This document shows, one piece after another, positions 28,679 to 39,131 of a stretch of DNA of 64,000 bases. The stretch spans positions 160,001 to 224,000 of IMG/VR virus record IMGVR_UViG_3300032254_000001. The stretch is one strand, 5' to 3'. Origin of the DNA: a virus. Its lineage: Duplodnaviria > Caudoviricetes. How positions within the stretch are numbered: position 1 is the stretch's first letter; every line of letters starts with the position of its first letter. The notes under the pieces are model-generated. The model did no database searches and was not told where the DNA came from. It saw nothing but the letters and a program-made list of their open reading frames with translations. Position numbers and translations under genes: made by a program.

Positions 28679-30628
28679 TTATCTATGCAAAGCACGATTT
28701 GCGGCAGTAAATTTGTGTCTTGATACTAATTTTACTGGTCCATCAGCGGTCTTTACTACATATCCTTCGCCGCCTTTCTCACCACCAATTGACTGTTGTA
28801 CATCAGTTGGGTGGGAATCAAATTCGTCTACTAACCAATCTTTAAGCTTCATTACGCCTCTGATTAGCGTCCATAATGCATTAACACCTTTCTTGTGGTT
28901 CGTTAAGTATGCACCGATATTAGCACGTTTCTTGTCTGTTAACTTTTCTGTGTTTAACCACTGAGCAAAGTCGTTGCCTAAGTTTTCAAGTCCTGTGTCA
29001 ACACTGTTGTTGATGTACTTGTAGAACAATTGATGTATGTTAGCAATACCTTTAAGGCCTGCTGGATCAAACAATGCTTTGATTTCTGCTGCATGTTTGT
29101 TAGCAAATGCTTCTAACTTATCAATCGGACCTGTGTTAATCTTAGATGGCTGTTGCACATACACAGGAGGAATAATAAGTACTTCATTACCTTGTAGATG
29201 CTTAATAGCTTCTTCTGTTGTGTTGAACTGATCACCTATGTACTTGTGTACAGTGATGCCTGTCTTACTCGCACCAATAGCTTTGCCTAGCTTAGAGTCT
29301 TTGTTTACTTCATAACGCACTACGTTAGGTTGGAACACGTATCCTACATGATCCTCTAACCCAGGAGTATTAAAGTACATTAAATCTCCGCTTAGGAAAC
29401 CGCGGAAATCCTTCGGTGTTGCTTTTTCGTACTCATCAAATATGTCACCCATGTTAGTTATAAACTGCTGGCGTGACTGATCCATTGACGGACTTCTGTT
29501 TGTTAGCATCTTCTGTAATTCTTTAGCCGACTTTGATTTACCATCGTAGCCTTTAGCTGCAAAACCAGACTTATCAGTTAACATAAACTGACCGTTTTCA
29601 TCGCGGCCAAATACAATAGCAGGACTTCCATCCCACTTAATAGTTGTTTCGGAGTGTGCTGAACCTTCTGCAAATGCACGTAGAGTTTTTATTGCTTTGT
29701 ACAGTCCGCTTGGACCTTCATCTAAGACTAAGTCTTCAAGATGGTTCATGTCGCGAAGTTTACCTTCAGCTACATATTCTTTGTAAGCTGGCTCAGTGTT
29801 ATCAAACAGTGGCTCCATATCCATATTAACTATTCTGTCACGTAAACGTGCAAGGAAGTATTCGTCCGGATCATTTGATTCGTGTACTTCTGTCTGTTCT
29901 GGCATTGGTAATTGAACACCATAATGTTCTGCTAGTGTTGCCACTGCTTCGCCAATAAGAGCTTCAATTTTGTCGGGCTGTCCCTTGTACTTTTTGTATA
30001 CATATTCTAAGATGCTGTTTACGCTTAAGTCCATTGGGTTAGCTGAATAGCCTGGTAGTAACTTACGCACAATCTCTTTTGGATCCTGCGAAATTGTTTC
30101 GTTTGTAGCACGATTAACTAGGCCTTCTTTGTAAGACCACTTCATGCCTTGTGCTTTTGCAATGCTTGCCATAATGATATGTCTATGCATACCTTTAAAT
30201 TCACCAGGTTCGCCACGCATTGACCAAGCCTGAAAATGTGGGTTACCAAACATTAAATCTAGTTGTGCAAACTCGCCTGTTTCTCTACCATTCTCGTCTC
30301 GGATAGGAGTTTTAAAGTGTACGTTGTCGCCACTTAATTTAACCCATGCGCCCGGAGTTTGACCTTGTTGCTTTGCCCAAGCTTTTAGTGTATTAGCAAC
30401 TTCTTTCTTATCGTGTACACTGCTGTCCACAGATACGTCTATGTCGCCGCTTGATGCTTTTTTGCCTGTTGTACCAAGCCATTGATCTAACTTGAAGCCA
30501 AGTATCTTTTCTACAAATTTAAGTGAAGAAGCAATGCTTTCTTTAGGAATACGTACTGTTACAGGCTTCTTGTCTGGTCCCTTAAAGACGTTGCCGCCCT
30601 CAAATAGCTTATAGTATGAGCTTAACAT
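28679..30628 (-). CDS. Pol-beta-type nucleotidyltransferase fused to KxDG ligase-like domain (start corrected to 30628)
   Basis: GTTGKKASSGDIDVSVD...QLDLMF; TIKWDGSPAIVFG...GDLMY...EGYVV...VKLVSR. Confidence 0.7.
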   Translation of the reverse strand: MLSSYYKLFEGGNVFKGPDKKPVTVRIPKESIASSLKFVEKILGFKLDQWLGTTGKKASSGDIDVSVDSSVHDKKEVANTLKAWAKQQGQTPGAWVKLSGDNVHFKTPIRDENGRETGEFAQLDLMFGNPHFQAWSMRGEPGEFKGMHRHIIMASIAKAQGMKWSYKEGLVNRATNETISQDPKEIVRKLLPGYSANPMDLSVNSILEYVYKKYKGQPDKIEALIGEAVATLAEHYGVQLPMPEQTEVHESNDPDEYFLARLRDRIVNMDMEPLFDNTEPAYKEYVAEGKLRDMNHLEDLVLDEGPSGLYKAIKTLRAFAEGSAHSETTIKWDGSPAIVFGRDENGQFMLTDKSGFAAKGYDGKSKSAKELQKMLTNRSPSMDQSRQQFITNMGDIFDEYEKATPKDFRGFLSGDLMYFNTPGLEDHVGYVFQPNVVRYEVNKDSKLGKAIGASKTGITVHKYIGDQFNTTEEAIKHLQGNEVLIIPPVYVQQPSKINTGPIDKLEAFANKHAAEIKALFDPAGLKGIANIHQLFYKYINNSVDTGLENLGNDFAQWLNTEKLTDKKRANIGAYLTNHKKGVNALWTLIRGVMKLKDWLVDEFDSHPTDVQQSIGGEKGGEGYVVKTADGPVKLVSRHKFTAANRALHR

Positions 30629-31041
30629 TATGCGTCCTCTGATTCGTCGTAACGAGAATAGCCCATTGACCACAATGTCATAGCTTCAATATTATGTGCT
30701 ATAGATACATCTTTCTTAATGTTGCCTGGATTGGCCATTACGCTATCTATTATTTCTCGTGCTGGGCCTTTTAAATCGCCCTTGTATGGATCTACTTTTA
30801 ATGTTTTCTTCAAGACGTTTATTACAAGTCTTGCTAGATCGTTTTGCGTCATTTCTGTCTCAGACGCATCTGCTCTGCCCAAAGCATTGTTTACTTTGTT
30901 TGCTAGTAGCTGATGGATGGCTTTTGCTATCTTTGGTACGTTGGCTTTCTGTGCTTTAGAATGGCGCTTGGCAATTGATGCCCTGGATGTTTTATCAAAC
31001 CAGTCGCCTATTCCTTCGTTAACAAATTCACTTGCTTTCAT
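30628..31041 (-). CDS. candidate internal head protein
   Basis: MKASEFVNE-G N-terminus resembles a T4 capsid-targeting sequence. Confidence 0.6.
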   Translation of the reverse strand: MKASEFVNEGIGDWFDKTSRASIAKRHSKAQKANVPKIAKAIHQLLANKVNNALGRADASETEMTQNDLARLVINVLKKTLKVDPYKGDLKGPAREIIDSVMANPGNIKKDVSIAHNIEAMTLWSMGYSRYDESEDA

Positions 31042-31276
31042 TTACTCGTCCTAAACTTCTTTTGAATTTTAACGAGTCTTTTTGCTTAATAGAGTTTAGA
31101 AGCTTGCGGGTAAGATCCTCAACTTCTTCACTAGTGTATGTTTCTTCCATTAAATCTATTAGATTGATAGCACTTGCGATAATATTTTCGGCACGTGTCT
31201 CAATCACATACCGCGAATCGCGAGCATTATGCATTAGTTCAAGTTCTTCTAATATACTTCGTGTATGCTTTTTCAT
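31028..31276 (-). CDS. conserved small helical phage protein
   Basis: Late promoter 31304-31309. Confidence 0.7.
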   Translation of the reverse strand: MKKHTRSILEELELMHNARDSRYVIETRAENIIASAINLIDLMEETYTSEEVEDLTRKLLNSIKQKDSLKFKRSLGRVNESK

Positions 31277-31306
31277 TAAGTAATTCTCGTTTATACTATC
31301 TTATAT

Positions 31307-32395
31307 TTATGGTGATTTGTAAAATGAAAGAAACTCTGGAAAGTATTTACTAATGTCCATGTTCCTTTTATTATCTTGATCCGTGACAAAATCAACTATT
31401 TCGCCGACTGTATCGCTTGCTGCGGGCTTAGGAATTTGGTCTAATACTGCTGGATGATGTAATTCAAGCCACTGGTAGTGTGCTTTTGAAATCCTGTGTA
31501 ACCCAAATTTGCCGCCAGCTGCATGTCGAACAATATAGCTAGCATCGCCAGATTTATTAGTTCTAATTATACTGTTATTAAACCAATCCGTTAACTTATG
31601 CATTCTGTGTATATTTAATAGACTAAGTGTCTGCTCAATTTTAAACATAACATTGCCCGGCATAGTACTGTAAAATGTTTCAATCTGCTCCTCAATGCTT
31701 TTCCACTTAGTTGGAAAACGTTGGTATTCGTACGCATCTTCAACATCATCTATACTAATATATAGCTCAACTAATTTGAACTCGTTGAATAATTCCAGCA
31801 CACGCTTCGATGGTTGTACTGTGCCATTGGTATGATACATTAAATTAATCTTGCTAGTATCACAGTGTTCTTTTATGTATTCAAGGAACAATACATTACG
31901 AGATGAAAGGAATGGCTCGCCACCCTTAAATTGTATCTTCTTTAAAATTGATAGATCGAAATTATCCAGTGACTTCTGTATAACTTCAAAATCATTAGTT
32001 AACGGCATCGGAGACTTATCTGCGAATTTGGTCCAATACGAACTGTGTAATGGACCACAAATCATACATGCTGAATTGCATGTAAAGTCTAGTGTCACTT
32101 CAATGTACTCAGGACCAACTGCATCGTATATACGGTCATCCCATTGCATGTTAGCTGCTAGTCGTTTGCTTTGCCTGTTATGTGCTTCATCGTGAATGCA
32201 TCTACGACAAAGTGTTTCGTTAAGTGGTGCGTTGTTCTTATTGTCGTTGCGCATAGTACTAAACAATGAATTGAAATCTTCGCTGTTGTACGGTGTAACT
32301 TCACCTACTAGGCAACACGGCTGGACTTTGATTTCGTCGCCATAGCACATTATGTGAATTGACGAATGTATATCTCTGCAATAGTTATCAGCCAT
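31307..32395 (-). CDS. radical SAM protein with N-terminal Cys-rich auxiliary (Twitch/SPASM-like) domain
   Basis: CNSACMIC (Cx3Cx2C), FKGGEPF, PCC...CRRC. Confidence 0.88.
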   Translation of the reverse strand: MADNYCRDIHSSIHIMCYGDEIKVQPCCLVGEVTPYNSEDFNSLFSTMRNDNKNNAPLNETLCRRCIHDEAHNRQSKRLAANMQWDDRIYDAVGPEYIEVTLDFTCNSACMICGPLHSSYWTKFADKSPMPLTNDFEVIQKSLDNFDLSILKKIQFKGGEPFLSSRNVLFLEYIKEHCDTSKINLMYHTNGTVQPSKRVLELFNEFKLVELYISIDDVEDAYEYQRFPTKWKSIEEQIETFYSTMPGNVMFKIEQTLSLLNIHRMHKLTDWFNNSIIRTNKSGDASYIVRHAAGGKFGLHRISKAHYQWLELHHPAVLDQIPKPAASDTVGEIVDFVTDQDNKRNMDISKYFPEFLSFYKSP

Positions 32396-33771
32396 TACTT
32401 CTTAATCTTATTAAGCAACGAATTCAATTTACTTGAATCAACTGTGCCTGATACCTTACCTTCATCTGGTGCATTTGAAATTGTAGATTTTGCTTTAATG
32501 TTATTCAAGATGTTCGAAGGCGATGCACTATGCCCGTGCCCTGGTTGACCGTTGTCTACAATACGCAATGTATCTACATCAAACTCTAAATCAATCTTTT
32601 GTCCTACACCTGCTGAACTACGTGTTTTCATTAACTGCAATTGGTACTTGCCACGTTCGCGCATTGCACGTGATGTGAATATACCAAACACGTTATCAGC
32701 TGTATTAATTTTAGAAATACCGCCGGAGATCATGCTGTGGTCAAACTCTACTTCTTCTACTGCTGAACGGTTAAGCTGTGATGCTGTTACCATTACAATA
32801 TCAAGTTCCTTAGCTAAGTTACGTATTTCTTCTGATACGTACTTGTCCTTAACGAACAAGTCGTTTGGACTAACCTTTGCAGTTACAGGCATTAGCAGAT
32901 CCAAGTAATCAATGCACATGAAGTCTATCTTCTTACCTGTCTTAACTTGTAATTCCTTTACGAATGCACGAACATCGTTGATGTTGCTTTGAGCTGGGAA
33001 GTATTTAATCTGTAGATCGCCTGCTGACTTAGCCTTCATCTTAACTTTCATTTCAACATCGTCTATATTTTTAAATATAGCTTTGCTCGGCGTGCCTGTC
33101 ATCATACTGTCAAGTCGCATTGCACACAAGTCTTCACTAAGCTCAAGTGTTACAAAGATTCCGTTCTTGCCCATCTCTGTCCAGTTAACCGCTAAGTTCT
33201 GCATGAATAATGATTTACCAGAACCAGAACCACCTGCAAAGATTTGCAGCTCGCCCCTGTTAAAGCCGCCGTACAGCTTGGCATCCATTGTTGCCCAACC
33301 AGTAGACGTTTGTCCGTTGTTATCCTTAATAGCTTTTAAACGTGCTTTTGGATCTTCAAAGTAATCAGTACCCATATCTTTTAACAGGCTGATTTCTACT
33401 GCCGCTTTTATCAATGGCAATACTGGTTCAAACTCGCCCTTGTCAAGTAAGTCTGCCGATTGCAGCACTGCTCGTTCAAGTTCTTGTCGTTTAGTAAAGC
33501 TTTCAAACTCTTCAAAGAACCACTCGTAATGCCCTTCATTAATTTCTTCCGGCAGTCCGTCAAGTGTAATTTCCGTCATTGCTTTTAGCTGTGCTAGCTC
33601 AGGCAAAGTGCCGTACTTAGTAGAATGCTTTTCTATAAAGTCAGCTGCGGGCTTTAGCTCGGGGTGGAAGTTTTCAACATTAAAAATATTTTGTATACGC
33701 ACGAATGTCGCTGCGTCTGCTATCATCATTTCTAAGAAGAGCTTCTGGATTTGATACGTGTATTCAATCAT
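32395..33771 (-). CDS. replicative DnaB-like helicase (gp41-like)
   Basis: AGGSGSGKS, FVTLELS, CIDYLDL, TASQLNR, KTRSS. Confidence 0.93.
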   Translation of the reverse strand: MIEYTYQIQKLFLEMMIADAATFVRIQNIFNVENFHPELKPAADFIEKHSTKYGTLPELAQLKAMTEITLDGLPEEINEGHYEWFFEEFESFTKRQELERAVLQSADLLDKGEFEPVLPLIKAAVEISLLKDMGTDYFEDPKARLKAIKDNNGQTSTGWATMDAKLYGGFNRGELQIFAGGSGSGKSLFMQNLAVNWTEMGKNGIFVTLELSEDLCAMRLDSMMTGTPSKAIFKNIDDVEMKVKMKAKSAGDLQIKYFPAQSNINDVRAFVKELQVKTGKKIDFMCIDYLDLLMPVTAKVSPNDLFVKDKYVSEEIRNLAKELDIVMVTASQLNRSAVEEVEFDHSMISGGISKINTADNVFGIFTSRAMRERGKYQLQLMKTRSSAGVGQKIDLEFDVDTLRIVDNGQPGHGHSASPSNILNNIKAKSTISNAPDEGKVSGTVDSSKLNSLLNKIKK

Positions 33772-34771
33772 TTAATTTTATCTTTCTCCGTGAAGCGAGA
33801 TTATTAATCATAATCCTCGCCTTTACTTTACTTGATGTCTTTGCAGCAACTATACTTAACAATACACCAAGTCTGCCGTATTCTTTTGTGGCGTCGTTTA
33901 CATCTTTAATGTGAGCTGGCCAGTTTGGTATGCTTATACTAAACCCTGCCTCTAACGCTTGCTCAGCTAATACCATGCCTGCTTTATCCTGGTCAGGTAC
34001 TACAATAACTTCCTTGCCTTGGCGTCGAAGTATTGCTTGCTGCTGTTCACTTAATTCATTATGCAGTACTGCAACACCCCTGATACTAACAGCACAGAAG
34101 GTTCCTTCTACTACTATTATAAAATCCCAATCGGGTTTTTGCATCTCTAAGCCAAACACATAACCAGGTTGTTGATGCTCATTAACGTACTTCGGAAACT
34201 TACCATCTAAGTAACGTGACGTCCAACCTACAATGTCTTCACCGTACATATACGGTATTAGTATACGCTGCTTATTACGTCCTTTGTCCGACGGTGTAAT
34301 CTTAAAAGGATAATCATGATAGTCTAGTCCACGTTCATCCCTTAAGTAATCAATTGCCCATTTATCGCATGTCATAATGTTACGTGCTGTAGATGGTAGC
34401 TTTTGTTTCTTAAAGAATATATTGCGTTGAATAATTTCATCACGTGAATTAGTGCGATCCTTAGCAATATCATATATCTTTTTATTCTTAAGACTATCTA
34501 AATTAATCTTCTGTATAGTATCTGGTGGTACGCCCATCCATTGCAAAAGCTTTTTAGATTTTAAACTAAGTTGCTGTCCGTTTACAAATCGTGTTTTGAA
34601 ACCACAATTAAAACACGAGAAACTCCAGTCCTCGCCATCGAGAATTACGCCACCACGTTTTCTTTTGTCTGGAGTTTCGCCATTGTGGATACACGCCGGA
34701 CAATTAAAGCTGTACCACCCCGCTGGTGATTTTTTTGTTCTCGGAGGGAGGTACTGTAAAATATCAAACAT
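33764..34771 (-). CDS. DNA primase (gp61-like)
   Basis: CPAC...CFNC zinc finger; TOPRIM VVEG...VPDQD...KDVND. Confidence 0.9.
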   Translation of the reverse strand: MFDILQYLPPRTKKSPAGWYSFNCPACIHNGETPDKRKRGGVILDGEDWSFSCFNCGFKTRFVNGQQLSLKSKKLLQWMGVPPDTIQKINLDSLKNKKIYDIAKDRTNSRDEIIQRNIFFKKQKLPSTARNIMTCDKWAIDYLRDERGLDYHDYPFKITPSDKGRNKQRILIPYMYGEDIVGWTSRYLDGKFPKYVNEHQQPGYVFGLEMQKPDWDFIIVVEGTFCAVSIRGVAVLHNELSEQQQAILRRQGKEVIVVPDQDKAGMVLAEQALEAGFSISIPNWPAHIKDVNDATKEYGRLGVLLSIVAAKTSSKVKARIMINNLASRRKIKLND

Positions 34772-35445
34772 CGATTCGTGTTACCTTCCAGTGATTTTCA
34801 TTTTTATACTTTTTCTTATTTGGTGTATTTTTATAACATTTTCTATAGGCATTAAACAAAGACCAATAACTAATACCAATTTCATCCGCAAAGTCTTCTG
34901 CAAATTGCTGTAAGCCTAGTTTTGTTTGCCACTGTCTACCAGCCGGAGACTCAATTAAATATTCGCCTCTGTGAGATATACGCTTGCGTTCTTTAGTTTC
35001 GTAGGTGTCACCTGCATTTTTATATCTCTGTGTTTGACCTAAACTGCAACCCTTGCTTCGTATTTTTTTCTGCTCAGTGGTTTGATTTTTATAATAGTCA
35101 AGGGCATATTTTCTTGCGGTTTGCGAATCAACTCCTTCTCCACCTTTTGTTATATTGTAACCCATGCACCTATCCCTACTTAGTAGGGATTCAATCCACT
35201 TGGTTTCGGCACTATTTAATTCTTGCTTTGTCCAGTTATCGTTGCGTTCGATTATTTCAAACACCATATTTTCCCAACCATATTTCTTTATAGCATTTAT
35301 AATGTATCGGTTTGATGAGTCCTGGCGGCGGGCCGCTGCGGCCCGCCGCGAATTTATACGATTGTTTCTTTTTATGCTCAGAGATTGTTGCCTGACCAAT
35401 ATAATACTTACCAGACGGTGATGTTATTTTATAGACATATCTCAT
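34764..35445 (-). pseudogene. frameshifted GIY-YIG homing endonuclease
   Basis: YVYKITSPSGKYYIGQ in one frame; AIKKYGWENMVFEII..E in the +1 frame; break at a GC palindrome. Confidence 0.85.
35325..35349. repeat. perfect 12-bp all-GC inverted repeat with 1-nt spacer
   Basis: gcggcgggccgc-t-gcggcccgccgc. Confidence 0.95.
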
Positions 35446-36194
35446 TTATCAATTATAACAGATTCTATCTTGTCAATCAAGAATTCTGATATAATAGCAT
35501 GACCTTTTTCGTTTGGATGCATTCCTTTACAGAACAAAGGATCCTTGCGAGGCTTGTCTCGTATTACGAGCATTTCTAATGCAGACGATGATTCAATTAA
35601 AGTAGGCACTTTAATTTTATGGTTTTGTGTTAGCACGTTCATCTGCAACATATTAATATTGTTACGCGCTGCAATACCGTCAAACGCTCTAACGGTTGTA
35701 TTGTAATTTGCTTGACGCCATTCTTCACTGTCAGATAATGTGTAGTGTAGCTTATGCAGTGTACGCCAATGATCCATACGATCTTCTTCGCCCCATATGT
35801 CACAGTCCTTATTGATCCAAACAGAATGTACATGTTGGTGACATGGGTGTTGTGCTGTACGTTGCGAGTCTAAGTAGTTTACATTGTGCCAACTGATACG
35901 TGACTCATCAGTTAAACCAATAACAACTAAAGATTCTGCAATGTGTTCCGGTGTGCTATTGTCCAACCAGTGGTTGAAGTTCCATAGCATTGACTGTAAG
36001 CTTGCACCATTCCATGAGAGGTCCTCGTATGTCCAGCCGTAGTGTTTAGCTACTAGACCTGCATATGCATGTGACTTGCGGTAATCGTCATTTTCCCAAT
36101 TGAATGGTTCTATGCCTTTGGCTTCAAGTTCTGGATCGATAAGCTCGTCGCCATACGTCCAGCTACAACCAAATGAAACTAAATTCTTAATCAT
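35442..36194 (-). CDS. SGNH-hydrolase-like protein
   Basis: FGCSWTYGD block I; GMHPNEKGH block V; late promoter 36216-36221. Confidence 0.75.
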   Translation of the reverse strand: MIKNLVSFGCSWTYGDELIDPELEAKGIEPFNWENDDYRKSHAYAGLVAKHYGWTYEDLSWNGASLQSMLWNFNHWLDNSTPEHIAESLVVIGLTDESRISWHNVNYLDSQRTAQHPCHQHVHSVWINKDCDIWGEEDRMDHWRTLHKLHYTLSDSEEWRQANYNTTVRAFDGIAARNNINMLQMNVLTQNHKIKVPTLIESSSALEMLVIRDKPRKDPLFCKGMHPNEKGHAIISEFLIDKIESVIIDK

Positions 36195-36259
36195 AATTAT
36201 TCCTATCTTTGCTACTATTTAACCGCTGAAAATTACTGTGTGAATATTTCGTAGACCAA

Positions 36260-36997
36260 TTATCTGTGCTGTATTTGGTCTACTGTACCTGATACTTCTG
36301 TAATGTTGAACCTAATGTAAGGATGATATCCGCTAACATTAATCGTATGAAGATCGCTTAATGCAAGACTTTCTGTTTGAATTGTGTACCACAACCCGTC
36401 AGTATCTGCTGCACCTTGTACTTCGATGTCGCCGCTGAACTGATCCATATCAAATTGGAATGTATGTAGATCTGTTGCGTCAGTATTTAAAATACTTGAG
36501 TTATACGGATTAGTTGTAGGTGTTGGTATTGTTACTATCTCGCTCGCAATAAACGTAGGCATGATGCTATCTACAACATCAATAAGGCCACGTGCGCCTG
36601 CGTTGTCAGCTACGTATACTGGCTCATATGGGTTACCTGTTGATACCTGCTCAACACTAAAACCTACTAGGCCTGGACCCATTGTGTCTAGTTCCTGCTC
36701 AGTTAGTACTAACTTGGTTTGGCCGACTAATTCATTCACCATTGTTAATGGCTTTTCTAGTAGTAGACGATTGCCATCGTGTGATATCAGTCTGCATGTA
36801 AACTCCATGTCAGTAACGTCAACACGCTTTTGGTCCTGGTTTACAAATTCTATCAGAATCTGGTTATCTGTGCCCCTATGAGCAATTAATGTCTTTGTGT
36901 ACACTTGATTATACCTTCTTGAAAAAAATGCACCTGTGGTATCTAACAAGATAACCCGGTGACGTTGGTGGTATAGGAATATCTTAGTTGTCATCAT
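36260..36997 (-). CDS. conserved beta-rich, probably structural protein
   Basis: 245 aa beta-sandwich-like sequence. Confidence 0.6.
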   Translation of the reverse strand: MMTTKIFLYHQRHRVILLDTTGAFFSRRYNQVYTKTLIAHRGTDNQILIEFVNQDQKRVDVTDMEFTCRLISHDGNRLLLEKPLTMVNELVGQTKLVLTEQELDTMGPGLVGFSVEQVSTGNPYEPVYVADNAGARGLIDVVDSIMPTFIASEIVTIPTPTTNPYNSSILNTDATDLHTFQFDMDQFSGDIEVQGAADTDGLWYTIQTESLALSDLHTINVSGYHPYIRFNITEVSGTVDQIQHR

Positions 36998-37649
36998 GCA
37001 ATTTTCTTCCTAAGATAAATCCTGCTGGCTGCTCTCCTGCAATATATCTATTTGCAGTAGTGCCATTAGTATACCATCGCAATCCTTTACCTGATTTTGC
37101 TTTTTCTGCTGCGGATTTTGAGTGGTATGTTGCCTTTTGTTTTTGAATTAATCGTTCTTTTTCTGCTGCTGGTCTAGTTGCATGTATTTTGGTTACTGCA
37201 ACCGACAAACGAGCCGACGTTATCATACTTTCTTGCTTGGTTTTATTCTTAACAGTATTTCGCATTTTATTGTAGATTGCTGCTTTTTCAGCTGCTGATT
37301 TATTTAAGCGAATGTCTGAAATCTTTTTATTTGACTCAATTGATGGTATAATTTTTCCAGCTATATTAGCATTGATCCATCTATCATCGTGTAACACTTT
37401 GCATCGTCTAAGAACTTTAGTCTCCCAATCTGTAGCTTTCCTGGGAGTTTCAAACACTTTACGTATTTCAAATTCAAAACTATCAGTGCCGTACTTTGTG
37501 ATTAAATTTTTTACTTTTGTACTGCTAGTAAAGTATTTTGTCCATAAATCTTCTGCAATGGGAATTTTCTTCTTGACGTTTTGATACCGCACACCGTAAT
37601 AGTATGTATTGGTCGGTATGTGTTTTAAAAGGTATGTGTACGGTTTCAT
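36984..37649 (-). mobile_element. free-standing GIY-YIG (Seg-like) homing endonuclease (start corrected to 37649)
   Basis: PYTYLL...YYYGVRY...YFTSS...YGTDSFEFEI; TAAATA 5 nt before ATG. Confidence 0.8.
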
Positions 37650-37702
37650 AGTACTATTTATCCTTTTTAGCGACAAGCTGTGCAACGTTATAAATACATT
37701 AA

Positions 37703-38089
37703 ATGGAAAATAACAACAACGTGTTCGAAAAATTAACAGAAAAGTACCCATTCCTAACGGTGTGTAGGTACGCTGACGAAGAGTTTGTAGGTATTATACA
37801 AAATCGCGATGCAACCATTACAAGTTTATACAACTTTGGTGCATTACCTAGTACCGAGCTAAAGGAACTATTCCTAGAACTTGGAGAAACATGGTGGTGG
37901 GAATCGAATAGATCCATTCCAATTAACATATTCTTACGCCAGGAATGGGTAGTATTCAAACCGTATACTAAGACATTCATTAACAAATCCCTCCAAATCT
38001 TAAGCGGTCCAGCTACTAGCTTAAACGAAATAGTCCACAAGAAGAAGAAACGTAAGAGCATCACGCTAGTACGCAAGATGGAAGACTAG
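37703..38089 (+). CDS. conserved hypothetical protein (solitary plus-strand late gene)
   Basis: Canonical TATAAATA at 37689-37696, 6 nt before ATG. Confidence 0.8.
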   Translation: MENNNNVFEKLTEKYPFLTVCRYADEEFVGIIQNRDATITSLYNFGALPSTELKELFLELGETWWWESNRSIPINIFLRQEWVVFKPYTKTFINKSLQILSGPATSLNEIVHKKKKRKSITLVRKMED

Positions 38090-39131
38090 CTACATACTCT
38101 TCCACATAACGCTCAAGCACAAAGTACGGGTATTGCAGTTTAATTAACTGCTCCTGATTATGTGCAAATATATGAGCACATCGCTGAAGCACTTCAGCCT
38201 GTTCCAACTTACTTAATTTCACAGCTTCATCTATAGCTGCTTTCCATCTGGTATGATCGTCTTCAATTTGATCATAGGATTCATCTATAATACTGCCAAA
38301 TGTTTTAAACCCAAGCTCATGTAATCCCTGTAAGTACTTCCACCCACTTATTGCTATAAACAGTCTGCCAGCGATCATAGGCTTTGCTATTTTTTCTGTT
38401 GGGAACATGAACTGGTTTCTGTAGTCGGTTTCGCATACTACGCTGTAAGCTGTTTTGTTATAGACTTTGGATGGTATTACTTGTGACGCCATCATATCAA
38501 CACCAAGGTATGTTACTACGTCTAGTTCGTCGTTACGTACTACGCCATCCTGCCAAAAGATGTCAGATGGGTTACCGTACGAATCATTATGCACCGAGTT
38601 TGTTTCTAAGAACTTAGACTCAAGGAATGCTGGATTTGAATTAATACAATCCCTTACGAAGCGCCTGTGTGGTTTATCTACTCCGTACAGTACTTCAAAC
38701 GGAATATCTTTTGTGCGGCACATATCAAAGTTAACATTAAACGTATTGTAATCGCTTAAGTAGAAATTCGCAGTTGCTTTGAGCCAGTACGAATCGTAAA
38801 CTATTTTTGCTTTTGTCGGCTTTCGCTCTGGGACGTATCCCAGGAAGAATACAAAATTAGATCGATCAGTATGTTGCACAATAGCGTCAACATTAGTGTT
38901 CCCTTCAATTGATTTAAAAATAACTAGGTCTGCAAATGCAAGGCTTTCTAGTCTATCAATAGTCGACCTTACTTGTGAAGTGTCACAGTAATCGTATTCA
39001 ACTATTGCAATCTTTGTGGCATCTGCATCTCTAAACTTATCAAAGTCGCTTGTCATATGTAACAATGCGTTTGGAGTTAAGCCCAATGGATCCAGATCGT
39101 AATTGTAAGTATAAATTAATACATCTCTCAT
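38061..39131 (-). CDS. glycosyltransferase-like phage protein
   Basis: YSVVCET...PTEKIAKP...G..YL..L...GFKTF...DESYD; paralog of 1-483. Confidence 0.6.
   Translation of the reverse strand: MRDVLIYTYNYDLDPLGLTPNALLHMTSDFDKFRDADATKIAIVEYDYCDTSQVRSTIDRLESLAFADLVIFKSIEGNTNVDAIVQHTDRSNFVFFLGYVPERKPTKAKIVYDSYWLKATANFYLSDYNTFNVNFDMCRTKDIPFEVLYGVDKPHRRFVRDCINSNPAFLESKFLETNSVHNDSYGNPSDIFWQDGVVRNDELDVVTYLGVDMMASQVIPSKVYNKTAYSVVCETDYRNQFMFPTEKIAKPMIAGRLFIAISGWKYLQGLHELGFKTFGSIIDESYDQIEDDHTRWKAAIDEAVKLSKLEQAEVLQRCAHIFAHNQEQLIKLQYPYFVLERYVEEYVASLPSCVLA

Noticed and set aside
35360-35385. AAA AAG run upstream of the GC hairpin as a programmed -1 frameshift site
   Set aside because: The downstream domain is in the +1 frame, the -1 frame hits a stop within a few codons, and the hairpin is 18 nt away
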